Assembly: GCF_006345805.1 (NCBI RefSeq)
Contig: NW_021834218.1
Span: 1 to 54,505, forward strand
Source of the DNA: Octopus sinensis
Taxonomy: Eukaryota
Direction: 5' to 3'
Length of the DNA stretch: 54,505 bases
Shown here: positions 39,764 to 52,324 of the stretch, in pieces
How positions within the stretch are numbered: position 1 is the stretch's first letter
How the letters are laid out: each line of letters begins with the position of its first letter
Notes under the pieces: model-generated
What the model was told of the DNA's origin: nothing
The model's input: only the letters and a program-made list of their open reading frames with translations
Database searches by the model: none
Made by a program: the position numbers and the translations under genes

Positions 39764-40229
39764 TATAGGGCCAATTTAAATAGAAATCTGTGTTGTGTGT
39801 ATATGTATGTATGTATGCATGTATGTATGTGTGTATGTATGTATGTATGTATGTATGTATGAATGTATGTATGTATGCATGCATGTATGTATCTATGTAT
39901 GCATGTACGTATGTATTGATGTCAGGTCATATGTCAGGTCACTTTCGAGTGTTACTGGTAACATGTAACCCAGAGCAACCTGTTGCATGGTCGGGCCGTC
40001 AGCGACTAAACCGGCAACCCCAACAAGCTTGCTTGGTGAGTAGGATGTTTATTGGACACCCTGCGGGATGAAAAACAAAACCCGTCAAAGGACGGAGGAA
40101 CTCTTGAGAGTCAACGGCCATCCAATAAATGTGTAATTATATATTTACTGTATATCTGCCTTTTTCTCTCTAATTTTTATATATTGCATATTTTTATAGC
40201 TTGCTCATTATATAAATTTTTATATACTT

Positions 40230-40481
40230 CATGTATGTATGTATGTATGTATGTTTGTGTGTGTATGTGTGTGTGTATGTATGTATGTATGTATGTATGT
40301 ATGTATGTTATGTATGTATGTATGAATGTATGTATGTATGTTATGAATGTATGTATGTATGTATTTATGTATGTATGTATGAATGTTGTATGTATTATGT
40401 ATGTAGAATGTATGTATGTATGTTGTATGTATGTATGTATGTATGTATGTATGTATGTAGGCATGTGTGTATGTATGTATG

Positions 40482-40515
<34 letters not shown>

Positions 40516-40562
40516 TGTATGTATGTATGTATGTAGGTATGTAGGTATGTATGTATGTATGT
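40230..40562. repeat. (TATG)n array
   Basis: Direct reading. Confidence 0.95.
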
Positions 40563-40826
40563 AAGTTACCTCCTGTTTTTAATTCTTTGAAATCTTCCTC
40601 CGAGGAAGAAGCTTGTGTCTAACAAAGGTAGAAAACTCCATTGTTGGAATGTAGGCAATAAAATCAAATTCCCATTTAAACACGAGGAAAGTCTTTCATA
40701 ATTTTATCAACCTACTTACAGATTGTTTTTGCATTGTGCGAATTAGCTTAGTTGGTTTCTTTTCCTGAAAGCCGTATCTTATACAGTTTGTCAGTTTGGT
40801 ATTATTTTACAACTCCAACTCTTTGC

Positions 40827-41243
40827 TCTCTTTTACTCTTTTACTTGTTTCAGTCATTTGACTGCGGCCATGGTGGAGCACCGCCTTTAGTCGAGCAAAT
40901 CAACCCCGGGACTTATTCTTTGTAAGCCCAGTACTTATTCTATCAGTCTCTTTTGCTGAACCGCTAAGTGACGGGGACGTAAACACACCAGCATCGGTTG
41001 TCAAGCAATGCTAGGGGGACAAACACAGACACACAAACACACACACACACATACATACTTATATATATATACAAATATACGACAGGCTTCTTTCAGTTTC
41101 CGTCTACCAAATCCACTCACAAGGCACTGGTCGGCCCGGGGCCATAGCAGAAGACAGTTGCCCAAGATGCCACGCAGTGGGACTGAACCCGGAACCATTT
41201 GGTTAGTTAGCAAGCTACTTACCACATAGCCACTCCTGCGCCT
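40827..41243 (-). mobile_element. Family-1 SINE, full length
   Basis: Colinear with 14481-14887. Confidence 0.9.
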
Positions 41244-41249
41244 GTATCA

Positions 41250-41800
41250 TTTTAGAAAATAAAAAAAAGAAGTAAGTGGAAATTTTACCGGTGAGTGTGT
41301 TAAATAATAAGGCATTAAAAGTGAATGACTCTCCCCAGACACAACATGAAATGAAATATTTTATGGAAAAACCTTGCACTTAGTCTAACAGTAAAAATTA
41401 ATATAACTCAAGAATTTCTTAATTTAATAGAAAACAATTTTCTACGCGGACATAAGTATAGAAAAATATTGAATAGGAAGTGTGTAAAGGTTAGTTATTC
41501 ATCTTGCAAAAATTTCGAGTTACAATACCGCTAGCCAACAAAGAACATGCAATGGTAGAATTCGTAAAACTGCCTACTAGCCAGTAACTATGTTGTTTCA
41601 GATAGTTTTCAGACATAGGCCTTTCAAAAGAAGACCGGGTTCAACTGATGATCGGAAATGAGTACGGGGAATTGGAGCCTTTCATGGTGCATTGAAGAAT
41701 ACTCTGCATTTATACCGAGTCGTATAATTTACATACACAGTAATTCTTCGACTATAGCAAGTATTACATTCCAAAACCTCCCAAAGAAATAATTAAAATC
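41250..41800 (+). mobile_element. Relic of a second PLE lineage (FNRNTVKVSYSC-type linker)
   Basis: NLALSLTVKINITQEFLNLIENNFLRGHKYRKILNRKCVKVSYSSCKN (~41365-41520), then a decayed CN.R...CLL block. Confidence 0.7.
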
Positions 41801-41930
41801 TAAAATAATATAAACGATAATCGGCCGCAGATATCCGCGTTATAAATTTACATTTCTTAGGCAGAAAAATCCGCGATGTACTGAGTGCACGATAGGTGAA
41901 AATCGATATTAAGAGGAATTACTATATATA

Positions 41931-42014
<84 letters not shown>

Positions 42015-42026
42015 AAGTATATTTAG

Positions 42027-42058
<32 letters not shown>

Positions 42059-42100
42059 TATCTATCTATATTATATATAATATATATATATATATATATA

Positions 42101-42131
<31 letters not shown>

Positions 42132-42486
42132 TGGACGAGAGAGAGAGATAACAAGAGAGAGAGAAGAGAAAGAAGAGATGATTTAAACACTCAAACACAC
42201 ATAAACACACACACATGTATATATACAGAGAAAGAGAGAGACAGTGGAAGACTGAAAGAGAGAAAGATATGGTGTATGTGTGTGTGTGTGAGAGAGAGAG
42301 AGAGGGGGAGTGAGAGTGAGAGAAAGAGAGAGAGAGAGAGGGGGAAAATGTGCTGCAGTAAAACAGAAATAAGTAAATCGAAGGCGAAAGGGAGACAGTC
42401 CGGTACAGTGAAAGTAAATAGGTAATTCAGAGGAAGTAAGTCTTTCGAAAGTAGAACATGCATATCTAAGGAAAATTTTTTAAATA

Positions 42487-42552
<66 letters not shown>

Positions 42553-42833
42553 TGATGGATGATGATGATGATTATGATGATGATGATTATGATGATGATT
42601 ACAACAACAACAATAAGAGTACAAATAAGGTGAAGATGGCACCGTTAATCATGCTTGGCATTTGGCTTTGAGTAGAGGTGGGAGTGCGTGTACGCATTGT
42701 GAATGAAATGTAAGAGGAGAACAAAGATAGAAGAAAAAAGATGCAATCGTAAAAAGGAAACTAAAGTAGTTTAAAAAGAATATGTAGTTGTAGTAGTAGT
42801 AGTAGCAGTACTACTACTACTACTACTACTACT

Positions 42834-42868
<35 letters not shown>

Positions 42869-42888
42869 TTATTATTATTATTATTATT

Positions 42889-42926
<38 letters not shown>

Positions 42927-42928
42927 TA

Positions 42929-42985
<57 letters not shown>

Positions 42986-42995
42986 CATTTCCGTT

Positions 42996-43204
42996 GAGGC
43001 GGCAGAGCCGTCAGGATCCTTAGCACGCTGCTTGAAACGCTTAGCGGTATTTCGGCCGTCACTACATGCTGAGTTCAAAATTCCGCCGAGCTCGACTTTG
43101 CCTTTCATCCTTTCGGAATCGGTACATCAAGTACCAGTGAAACACTGGGATCGATGTAATCGACTTAATGCCCTCTCCTAAGCTGCCCTTGCGGAAAAAA
43201 ATTG

Positions 43205-43207
<3 letters not shown>
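42996..43207 (+). mobile_element. Family-2 SINE between (ATT)n and (ATC)n arrays
   Basis: ggcggcagagc...gactttgcctttcatcctttcgg...gatgtaatcgactta. Confidence 0.8.
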
Positions 43208-43252
<45 letters not shown>

Positions 43253-43254
43253 AC

Positions 43255-43318
<64 letters not shown>

Positions 43319-43439
43319 CCATCATCGTTGTTGTTATGTGTGTGCGTATGTATTAATCTATCTGTATGTGTTTATGTGTATGTATATATGCATATATTAT
43401 TATTATTATTATTATTGTCATTTACTTTTAATCTGCATG

Positions 43440-44870
43440 TTTGATGCAATCACCTGCCTGGGGCACACCCAGCGCCCTAGGGCAAGTGAAGGTTTAAGAG
43501 TTGTTGAAATATAGCTGAAAGCTTGGGGGGGAAGTAGAGATATATCTCCATGTAATGCAAACACAGACATTTACATTGATAGGGTTTTTCTAAGGATGTG
43601 GGCAGTACTTGTTAGCACAATCTTTTGGATTTCCTTGAGACATGGTTTTCCAGGGATATTGTCTAGGTGTTTCTGACATCCCTTTTTTATCATACCTAGG
43701 GCACCTACAATAACAGGAACAGTTTTTGTTTTAAGATTCCACACTTCTGTATTTCGATTTCCAGGTCCTTATATTTTACTAAGTTTGTCAAATTCCTTGA
43801 CAGATACATTTTTATCAGTGGGGACGCTTACTTCTATTAGTCTGCAGGTATTTTCTTCCCTGTCTTAACAATTATGTCTGGTCGATTAGCCTTGATCGTT
43901 CTGTCAGTGTTGACTGAAAATCCCAGAGGATGGTGACATCTTTACCTTCAACAACTGCTGAGGATGGTGTTCATACCATTAGCAGGATGTCGGATTTGTA
44001 GTGTTTACATATCTTCCAATGTAATATACTGTCCTACCCTATCGTGGCGATTTTTGTATTCGTTTGGTGTCAGCACAGGACAAATCCCGAAACGAGATGG
44101 TCTATCGTTTCGTCAAATGTGTCGCAGAATCTGCATTTAGGGTCAGTACTGTTTCGGAGAACGTTAGCCTGGTAATTTCTGGTAAACAAGCTTTGATCTT
44201 GTGCTGCCATTATGAAACCTTCATTCTCTCTCTGCTTTCAATCCAGAGCTCTTCAGCCACTGATGAGGTTGTTGCTTGGTCTACATCAGCATTTTGGCTT
44301 CGGAGAATATATTGTCCATGCAGGGGCTTCTGGCTCCACCGCCTCTCAATTTGATTCTGCCCGTTCTTTTTTGCAGTCTGCTTGATTCGCTTTGCTTGCT
44401 TGGTAGCAGTGGTTTCCAGCTCTTCATCTGATTCAAGGTTAATGTCTAGTTCCCTTTCGAACTTATTCTCTTGACAATAGAATGCAGCTTTTTGTTGCTT
44501 TCGTGTTCGCACACAAGTCGCAGCACCAGTCCTTTGTACTAGATAGGTACCTGTTCATTCCTACAGTAGAGGTCTTATAGCACAGCTCTAATTGCATCAT
44601 TCCTCTCCCCCGCTGCTTCTAGGTAGGTACAAGCGGTCTACATCTGCCTTAGGGTGGTGCATGCTCTTGGATGTCAGTAACTTTCTTGTCTTCCTGTCTA
44701 AGCGTTGGAGTTCCGTAAGGTTCCAGTTAATGATATTAAAACTGTACTGGACTACTGGAAGTGCCAGGGTGTTAATGGCCTCAATGCAATTTTTGGAGTT
44801 GAGTTCAGTCTTCAGTACAAGCCTTATTCTCCTATAGTTTTCCTGTACAAGCCTTATTCTCCTATAGTAT
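43440..44870 (-). mobile_element. REL LINE, longest fragment (family 5): RT thumb, zinc knuckle, REL domain
   Basis: RIRLVLKTELNSKN.IEAINTLALPV...DRKTRKLL...HPKADVDRLYLPR..GGRG; LHGQY; AAQDQSLFTRNY...CRFC...DHLVSG; ...RPDIIVK. There is a 23-bp local duplication near the 5' truncation (44817/44848). Confidence 0.92.
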
Positions 44871-44910
44871 TCCTTTTATTATTTTATTATTATTATTATT
44901 ATTATTATTA

Positions 44911-44955
<45 letters not shown>

Positions 44956-44994
44956 CATTATTATTATTATTATCATTATTATTATTATTTATTG

Positions 44995-45325
44995 TCTTTG
45001 CAGAGCTTCTAACACTAGAGATGTACTACGGTGCCAATTGTTCACTACCAGTGACCTCGGGTAACGCCTCTTATTTTTCGGGCACCATTCGGACTTTTCG
45101 AGCGGTTCCAAGCAGTACTGTTAACCTCCAACTGCTTAACCTCCCAAGCTAACTTGTCATATCATCAACTTTTCTTTCTTCCTTATCGCATACCTTGTTT
45201 TCAGCTGGGCATGCTATATCTATGATCCAGCATCGTTTGGTTTCTTTCTCAATTAACACCATGTCTGGCTTCCTATTTTCTATCTCATGGTCGCACTCAA
45301 TCATAAAATCCCATAAGATCTTTGT
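44995..45325 (-). mobile_element. REL LINE 3' fragment (family 6)
   Basis: KILWDFMIECDHEIENRKPDMVLIEKETKRCWIIDIACPAENKV. Confidence 0.8.
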
Positions 45326-45328
45326 ATT

Positions 45329-45762
45329 CTCTTTTACTCTTTTCTCTTTTACATGTTTCAGTCATTTGACTGCGGTCATGCTGGAGGACCGCCTTTAGTC
45401 GAGCAATTCGACCCCGGAACTTATTCTTTGTAAGCCCAGTACTTATTCTATCGGTCTCTATTGCCGAACCGCTAAGTAACGGGGACGTAAACACACCAGT
45501 ATCGGTTGTCAAGCAATGCTAGGGACAAACACAGACACATCAAACACACACACACACACACCCCAACACACACACACATATATATATATACATATATACG
45601 ATAGGCTTCTTTCATTTCAGTTTCCGTCTACCAATCCACTACAAGCATTGTCGGCCCGGGACTATAGCAGAAGACACTTGCCCAAGATGCTACGCAGTGG
45701 GACTGAACCCGAACCATGTGTTTGGTTAGCAAGCTACTTACTACACAGCCACTCCTGCGCCT
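45329..45762 (-). mobile_element. Family-1 SINE, full length
   Basis: Colinear with 14481-14887. Confidence 0.9.
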
Positions 45763-45799
45763 ATATTATTATTTTCGATGATGCCTTCGGGTTTATTTT

Positions 45800-46150
45800 C
45801 GTATATTATCATTATAGATGTCGCAGAGTATACAATATCGTGAGGTTGTTGATTGAAGATATTGTGTCTACTGGGGGGTTTGCATTGTCTGTCAAGTCAC
45901 AACAAGGACCTCACACTGAATGTACTTTATGCAATGTGTGTGCAAGTCCAAGTAATGCTGACTTGCAATACATCTAGATTGTAGGGTATCTCTAAGGTTT
46001 TCAGATATTTTTTTCAGATTGGGTGGTATTGAACCCAATGCTCCGATGATTAAAGGGATACACCGCATGTTCGACTCTCGTAGCTGCCACATCATAGCGA
46101 TCTCAATTTTCAGGTTTTCATATTCATCAACTTTTTCTCTTTCTTTCATG
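45800..46150 (-). mobile_element. REL LINE extreme 3' fragment (family 7)
   Basis: EKVDEYENLKIEIAMMWQL...IPLIIGALGSIP. Confidence 0.75.
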
Positions 46151-46156
46151 ATGATA

Positions 46157-46300
46157 TTTTAGAAAATAAAAATAAGAAATAAGTGGAAATTTTAACGGTG
46201 AGTGTGTTAAATTATAAGGCACTAAAAGAGAATTATTCTCCCCAGACACAACAGAATATGCTTCAACACACGAACTCATATAAAGAATCTTGCAAACCAA
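46157..46300 (+). mobile_element. Short second copy of the 41250 PLE relic
   Basis: About 95 bp (ttagaaaataaaaa...ctccccagacacaac) is shared with 41248-41345; it continues as RHNRICFNT. Confidence 0.55.
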
Positions 46301-46689
46301 ATCCAAAAGTGAAATTCCATTTCATGTTCCTATTTCTACGCTGTGTTTTCCCAGTGCTTCTACGTATTTAGTATTATCAGAGAACCCACTGTTTCTAATA
46401 CTCATCTGCATCCATTGAAGTATTTTCACCGGAGGAGACCCGTTTGTTGCTATTATCAGCCAAGTTGATATGCAATGGGTGCTTGGGCAATCTGGAGCCG
46501 AAGTTTCCTACACCCAATCTCTCCGCTTACGTAAAAAAAACACGCCATTTCAATCTAAGAAAGTCTTTCGTTTTCTGAGAAATGCATACACACATACAAG
46601 CATATGTGCGTGTGTGCGGGCAAGATTTTGTTTTTGTACACGTGTGTGCATGTGTGTGTGTGTGTAATTCTTTGTGTTTGTCATTCTAC

Positions 46690-46870
46690 ACCAACACTAC
46701 TTGACAACGAATGTTGGTGTGTTAACCTCCCCCGTAACTTAGCAGTTCGGTTAATTAAAGGCGGGGATACAATACGTACTAGACTTAATATTAAGCAACT
46801 GGGTCGATTTGCACGACTTAACCCATTGAGGTGGGACCCCAGCATGGACCTAGCCGGAAAGACTTAGACA
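46690..46870 (+). mobile_element. Diverged family-1-related SINE tail
   Basis: ggtgtgtt...ccgtaacttagcagttcgg...ggtcgatttgc...ccccagcatgg. Confidence 0.5.
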
Positions 46871-46993
46871 AGTAAAAGATAAAAGATGTCAGATATGTAC
46901 GTACGCACACGCGCACACACACACGCATACATATGCATATTCTTGTGCTTCTCTCGAAAGCTATGCACACACACACACACGTACAAATGTGAA

Positions 46994-47026
<33 letters not shown>

Positions 47027-47187
47027 CACTCACATACAGTCTCTCTGACTTTCCCACTCTCTCTTCCTCACTTTCTCTCATGCATACACACATGCAAACA
47101 CTCTCTCACCCCCACACAAACATCCCCCCCACACACAAACATCCCCCTACACACAAACATCCCCCTACACACAAACATCCCCCACAC

Positions 47188-47226
<39 letters not shown>

Positions 47227-47547
47227 CTATATGTGTGTTTGTATTTATTTAGCGGCGGTAATTATATGACAAAGGTGAATAACTTGAGATCAAATTATTA
47301 GAGGTTTTTTTTTTCCGGATTACATTTTTTAATTTTTTTTTTTATTTTTGCTTCTTCATTTTGTTGTCTTCTACTGTCTTGGAATATTCCCACGAGACGT
47401 GCTCCAAACCTGCAGCATTCCTTACATTGTTGCTATGGTCACCGACATTTATTATCCATGCTACAAAGGAAAGGACAACCTCGAAATTCAGAATACTATT
47501 TGACACGTAACTAAGTTACGCGGCCGATTACGCTGACGACAACAACG

Positions 47548-47705
47548 GTGATGATGACAATGATGATAATGACGATGATGGTGACATTGATGATGATGAT
47601 GAAGATGATGATGATGACGATGATGATGATGATGTGGAGGTTGATGGTGATGGTGATGGTGATAATGATGATGGTGGTGGTGGTGATGGTGATGGTGATG
47701 GTGAG

Positions 47706-47778
<73 letters not shown>

Positions 47779-47945
47779 GTGATGATGATAATGATGATGA
47801 TGATGCTGATGGTAATGATGATAATGATGGTGATGATGATGATGATGATGATGATGGTAGTGGTGATGATGGCGGTGATGATGATGACGTTGACGAAGCT
47901 GGAGGTGGTAGTGGTAGTGGTGGTGTTGGTGGTGGTGTTGGTGAG
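47548..47945. repeat. (GAT/GGT)n array
   Basis: Direct reading. Confidence 0.95.
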
Positions 47946-48425
47946 TTGGGAAGATGGAGGTGGTTCTTGTGCAATTATAATAGAAGAATATTTCAAACAT
48001 TCGGCACAAAGCCAAAATTTTTGTTTTGTTTTGTTTTGTTTTCACCTTTTTTTCTATGAATTCGCGGGGGTGGGTTCGTCAATTTATTCAAGCCTAGTCC
48101 TCTGTTGATTGCTTTATTTTCTCTTGATATTTGGGGTTTGACTCAAAACCTAAAGAGACAGAACAAAGAATGCTAGGCTGTTTTCCGACTTTGTAGTCTC
48201 GGGTTCAGTCTCACTGTGTAACACCTTCGGCAAGTACCTTCTTCTACATCCCCGGGTCGACAAAAGTTCATAGACGGAAACTGAATAATATCCGTCACAT
48301 GCGGTTTCATTTCGCCTATCTTTGACATCCACCGTGTCTTTTAGCATAATACATCTTGCCTTTGTAAAAAAAGATCAGAAATAATTATTACAAGTGGATG
48401 ATAAACAGAATTCTTAAAATGTAAA

Positions 48426-48740
48426 GTGGAGACACAATGGCCCAGTGGTTAGGGCAGCGGACTCGCGGTCGGAGGATCGTGGTTTCGATTCCCAGACCGG
48501 GCGTTGTGTTTGTTTATTGAGCGAAAACACCTAAACTTCCACGGGACTGCGGCAGGGGGTGGGGGTGGCGACCCGTATTGTACTCTTTCGCTCCAACTTT
48601 CTCTCAGTCTTTCTTCCTGTTTCTTGAGTAACGCTGCGATAGACTGGCGTCCCGTCCAGCTGGGGGGGGGGACACAAACGCCATAGAAACCGGGAAACCG
48701 GGCTCATGAGCCTGGCTAGGCTTGGAAAGGGCGCATAATG
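48426..48740 (+). mobile_element. Family-3 head with an alternative 3' module
   Basis: Matches the 16035 copy to ...cttcctgtttct (48624), then continues gcgatagactggcgtcccgtccag...gaaaccgggaaaccggg. Confidence 0.85.
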
Positions 48741-49024
48741 AAATAAGTAAGTATGTGGTATTAGTAAAGTGTATAAGTGTTTTACGTCTGTGTGTCTGTG
48801 TGTGTGCGTCTGTGTGTTTGCGTATCCGTGTTTGCGTCTGTGTGTTTGCGTCTGTGTGTTTGCGTATGCGTGTTTGTCTCTGTGTGTACGTGTGTGCGTA
48901 TGTATGTGTGAGTTGTGTGTGCATGTGTGCGAGTGTATGTGTGCGTGTGTCCCTGTCCCTCATCAATCGCTTGAGAACTGGTATCAGTTAGTTTATGCAA
49001 CACGATAGTAATTAAATATGTTCC

Positions 49025-49208
49025 AGGCTTGAGTGGCTGTGTGGTAAGTAGCTTGCCTACCAACCACATGGTTCCGGGTTCAGTCCCACTGCGTGGCACT
49101 TTGGGTAAGAGTCTTCTACTATAGCCTCGGGCCGACCAAAGCCTTGTGAGTGGATTTGGTAGACGGAAACTGAAAAGGAGCCGTCGTATATATGTATATA
49201 TATATTAT

Positions 49209-49241
<33 letters not shown>

Positions 49242-49478
49242 ATATAAGTGTGTGTGTATATGTTTGTGTGTCTGTGTCTGTCCCCCTAGCATTGCTTGAC
49301 AACCGATGCTGGTGTGTTTATGTCCCCGTCACTTAGCGGTTCGGCAAAAAGAGACCAATAGAATAAGTACTGGGCTTACAAAGAATAAGTACTGGGGTCG
49401 AGTTGCTCGATTGAAAGGCGGTGCTCCAGCATGGCCGCAGTCAAATGACTGAAACAAGTAAAAGAGTAAAAGAGTAAA
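49025..49478 (+). mobile_element. Family-1 SINE, full length
   Basis: Head, internal (TA)/(TG) tract, tail ...gaaacaagtaaaagagtaaaagagt. Confidence 0.9.
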
Positions 49479-49799
49479 GTTAGTACTGGGGTTGAATTGG
49501 TCTTCAGGAATCTCCAACGTGGTGTCCCCAGCGTCGCTGCAATTCAGGGGAACGGTAAAATATAAAATAAAACGGCTTCAAAATGTGGCACAAGGCCGCC
49601 AACATTGGATGTGGCGTTATTAAAATTACATCGGATCCACCCACCCCATCAGTGCTCCACTGATAGTTATTTTATAGATGACAAAAAAACAAAGAATGAA
49701 AGGTAAAATCGAGTGTGGTGGAATTCGAACGAGTATTAAAAAGCCAGAAAACATAAACCAAATCATACTCCGCGACTTTAGCGTTTCTACCATGTTTGA

Positions 49800-49813
49800 A
49801 ACTACTACTACTA

Positions 49814-49848
<35 letters not shown>

Positions 49849-49869
49849 ACTACTACTACTACTACTACA

Positions 49870-49901
<32 letters not shown>

Positions 49902-49953
49902 CACCACCACCACCACCACCACTACTACTACTACTACTACCACCACCACCACC

Positions 49954-49986
<33 letters not shown>

Positions 49987-49998
49987 GCTACCACCACC

Positions 49999-50031
<33 letters not shown>

Positions 50032-50041
50032 GCTACTACCA

Positions 50042-50104
<63 letters not shown>

Positions 50105-50117
50105 ATAATAATAATAA
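49800..50117. repeat. (ACT/ACC/GCT)n array
   Basis: Direct reading. Confidence 0.95.
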
Positions 50118-50226
50118 TGCATGTGCCTGGTGTACCCTTATCAGACGGGTAGTCATGATGGGTATGCTGAGCTTTGTATATTTTACCCCAGTGTCACTTT
50201 GATGGCATGCACTGCTCTCTCACACA
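50117..50226 (+). mobile_element. Short 5'-truncated copy of the same TAA-tailed element
   Basis: gcatgtgcctggtgtac...gacgggtagtcatgatgggtat...gtcactttgatggcatgcac is shared with 51390-51490. Confidence 0.6.
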
Positions 50227-50244
50227 ATAATAATAATAATAATA

Positions 50245-50288
<44 letters not shown>

Positions 50289-50306
50289 TAATAATAATAA
50301 TAATCA

Positions 50307-50776
50307 TAGTTGGAGACTTGCAAAATGCTCTGGGATTTCCCAATATAAATAGATGAGGCGCTAGACCACAGCAGAACAGACCTATTAATGGTCGACAAGA
50401 TGCACCACATATGCTATATAGTCGATGTTACACGCCTCTTTGACCCACGAATATCCAAGAAGGAAGGCGAAACGATAGATAGATACAACCTTATTAAGTA
50501 CGAAATAGCCCGGTAATGGAAAATGAAGAGGGTGAAGAAAGTGCCAATTATTTTTGGGTTCTTGGGAAGAGAATCGGAAGGTATCAAGAGAAATATAGAG
50601 GAGATTGGAATAGAGTTCACAGAGGAACTGTTACAAAAGGCTTGCCTCCTTGCACGGCTAGGATAATCAAGAAGATATTAGTTGAAAATAACAAATAGTA
50701 TGGTACCGTAGTCTGCAGGCAGTAATCTCGCTACACATGCTAGCCTGCTACGCAACAAAATCTGAGATAAAAAGAA
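50307..50776 (+). mobile_element. REL LINE 3' fragment (family 8), TAA-flanked
   Basis: KMLWDFPI.IDEALDHSRTDLLMVDK...YIVDV...DRYNLIKYEIAR.WKMKRVKKVPII. Confidence 0.8.
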
Positions 50777-50803
50777 ATAATGATAATAATAATAATAATA
50801 ATG

Positions 50804-50875
<72 letters not shown>

Positions 50876-51050
50876 CAGCAATAATAATACCAATAATAAT
50901 AATAATAACAATAATAATAAAAAAAGAAGAAGAAGAAGAGAAGAGAATAATCATAATAATAATAATAATAAAATAATAATAAGAATAAGAGAAGAAGAAG
51001 AAGAGAAGAAGAAGAAGAAAGAAAGAAGAAGAAGAAGAAGAAAAAAAGAA

Positions 51051-51492
51051 TATTCTGCTCAATAACACAGATTTGCTTGTCGGTTGTTTCACCTAAACCA
51101 GTTGAGCATGTCCCTTAGTGGCTGACAATATGTGCATCTCTGATCACAAGCAGAAGTAGCGGGGGAGCATCATAGCCGTGTGTTGAGAGGAATTCTCTAG
51201 AGGTTTGGATAATTCACGTTTGGAAACATGGGTGGTTTGCTCAACATCCTTATACAATCCTTATTCGGGGACCTTTTAAGCAGAATGGGCTACTCGAACA
51301 GAAGGAAATTCTAACTGGGCTCCACCTGCAAGGTTATGCGCTGTTTATCTTGGCAAGAGATCACCAAGTCGCGCACATATGGTTGTGGTGCATGTGCGTG
51401 GTGTACACTTAGGAGACGGGTAGTCATGATGGGTATACTGGGCTTCGTATATTTTTCCCCAGTGTCACTTTGATGGCATGCACTCTCACTCA
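51051..51492 (+). mobile_element. Non-coding TAA-tailed retroposon 3' end (long copy)
   Basis: Its last ~110 bp match 50117-50226. Both copies end ctctcac(t/a)caataat and sit between microsatellite arrays. No ORF recognised. Confidence 0.6.
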
Positions 51493-51495
51493 ATA

Positions 51496-51533
<38 letters not shown>

Positions 51534-51601
51534 GAAGAAGAAGAAGAAGAAGAAGAAGATAATAATAATAATAATAATAATAATAATATATAATAATAAT
51601 A

Positions 51602-51633
<32 letters not shown>

Positions 51634-51639
51634 AACAAT

Positions 51640-51980
51640 ATCTGTTGTCATAGGTGCCCCGGGAATGATCGCAAAAGGGCCTGATTGCTACATAGCTCAG
51701 ATACCAGGAAACCCCAAAATGGCAGAAATTCAAAAGATAGTGCACAAGGGAACTGCCCATATCCTACGCAAATACTTTGTATGTAATCTCAAGTTTTAAA
51801 AGAAACATAATTTTCTTATGGTTTCTTAAACATTCTCTAGAACAACACTATGTACAAAGCTAAATATATGGCACCCTAGGCATAACATCAACATGAACTT
51901 CTAACTTGTTTGTTTCTTGAGGTTTCTGGGTGAGACTTGGAGCCAACTCGTACAAAATGTAAAGCAAAAGTCAAACATAA
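51640..51980 (+). mobile_element. REL LINE 3' fragment (family 2), TAA-flanked
   Basis: VIGAPGMIAKGPDCYIAQIPGNPKMAEIQKIVHKGTAHILR; same 3' UTR end (gcaaaagtcaaacat). Confidence 0.88.
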
Positions 51981-52324
51981 AATAATAATAATGATGATGA
52001 TGATGATGATGATGAACCTGATATCTTCTTTATAAAACAAAAGGGTTGACAAAAAGATTGAGTACAGTACAGAATGATACAGTACGGGACCTCATAAAGG
52101 CTGTTTTAAAAAACGGAAATCATAAAACAAAACAAAATACTTCCTAAAAATATAATTTCTTTTATTTGTCAAATGTGTTTCCTCATTCAATAGAAAAGGT
52201 GTTAAAGATATAAAATGTGGGCGTAAAGCACAACATCGTTTTGTAAAAACGCGGTCGATAGGTAAGAAAATAGTAAATGAATAAATGAACATGAAATAAG
52301 CATACAGAATAAATAGAAGCTTAC

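Noticed and set aside
39990-40130. HDV-like or twister ribozyme assignment
   Set aside because: No P4/J4-2 catalytic C after the putative P1 3' strand, and no twister loop consensus; kept only as an unclassified structure.
47488-48108. Poly-His/poly-Asp ORFs suggesting a His-rich structural protein
   Set aside because: Translation of a (GAT/GGT)n microsatellite; no signal peptide or non-repeat domain.
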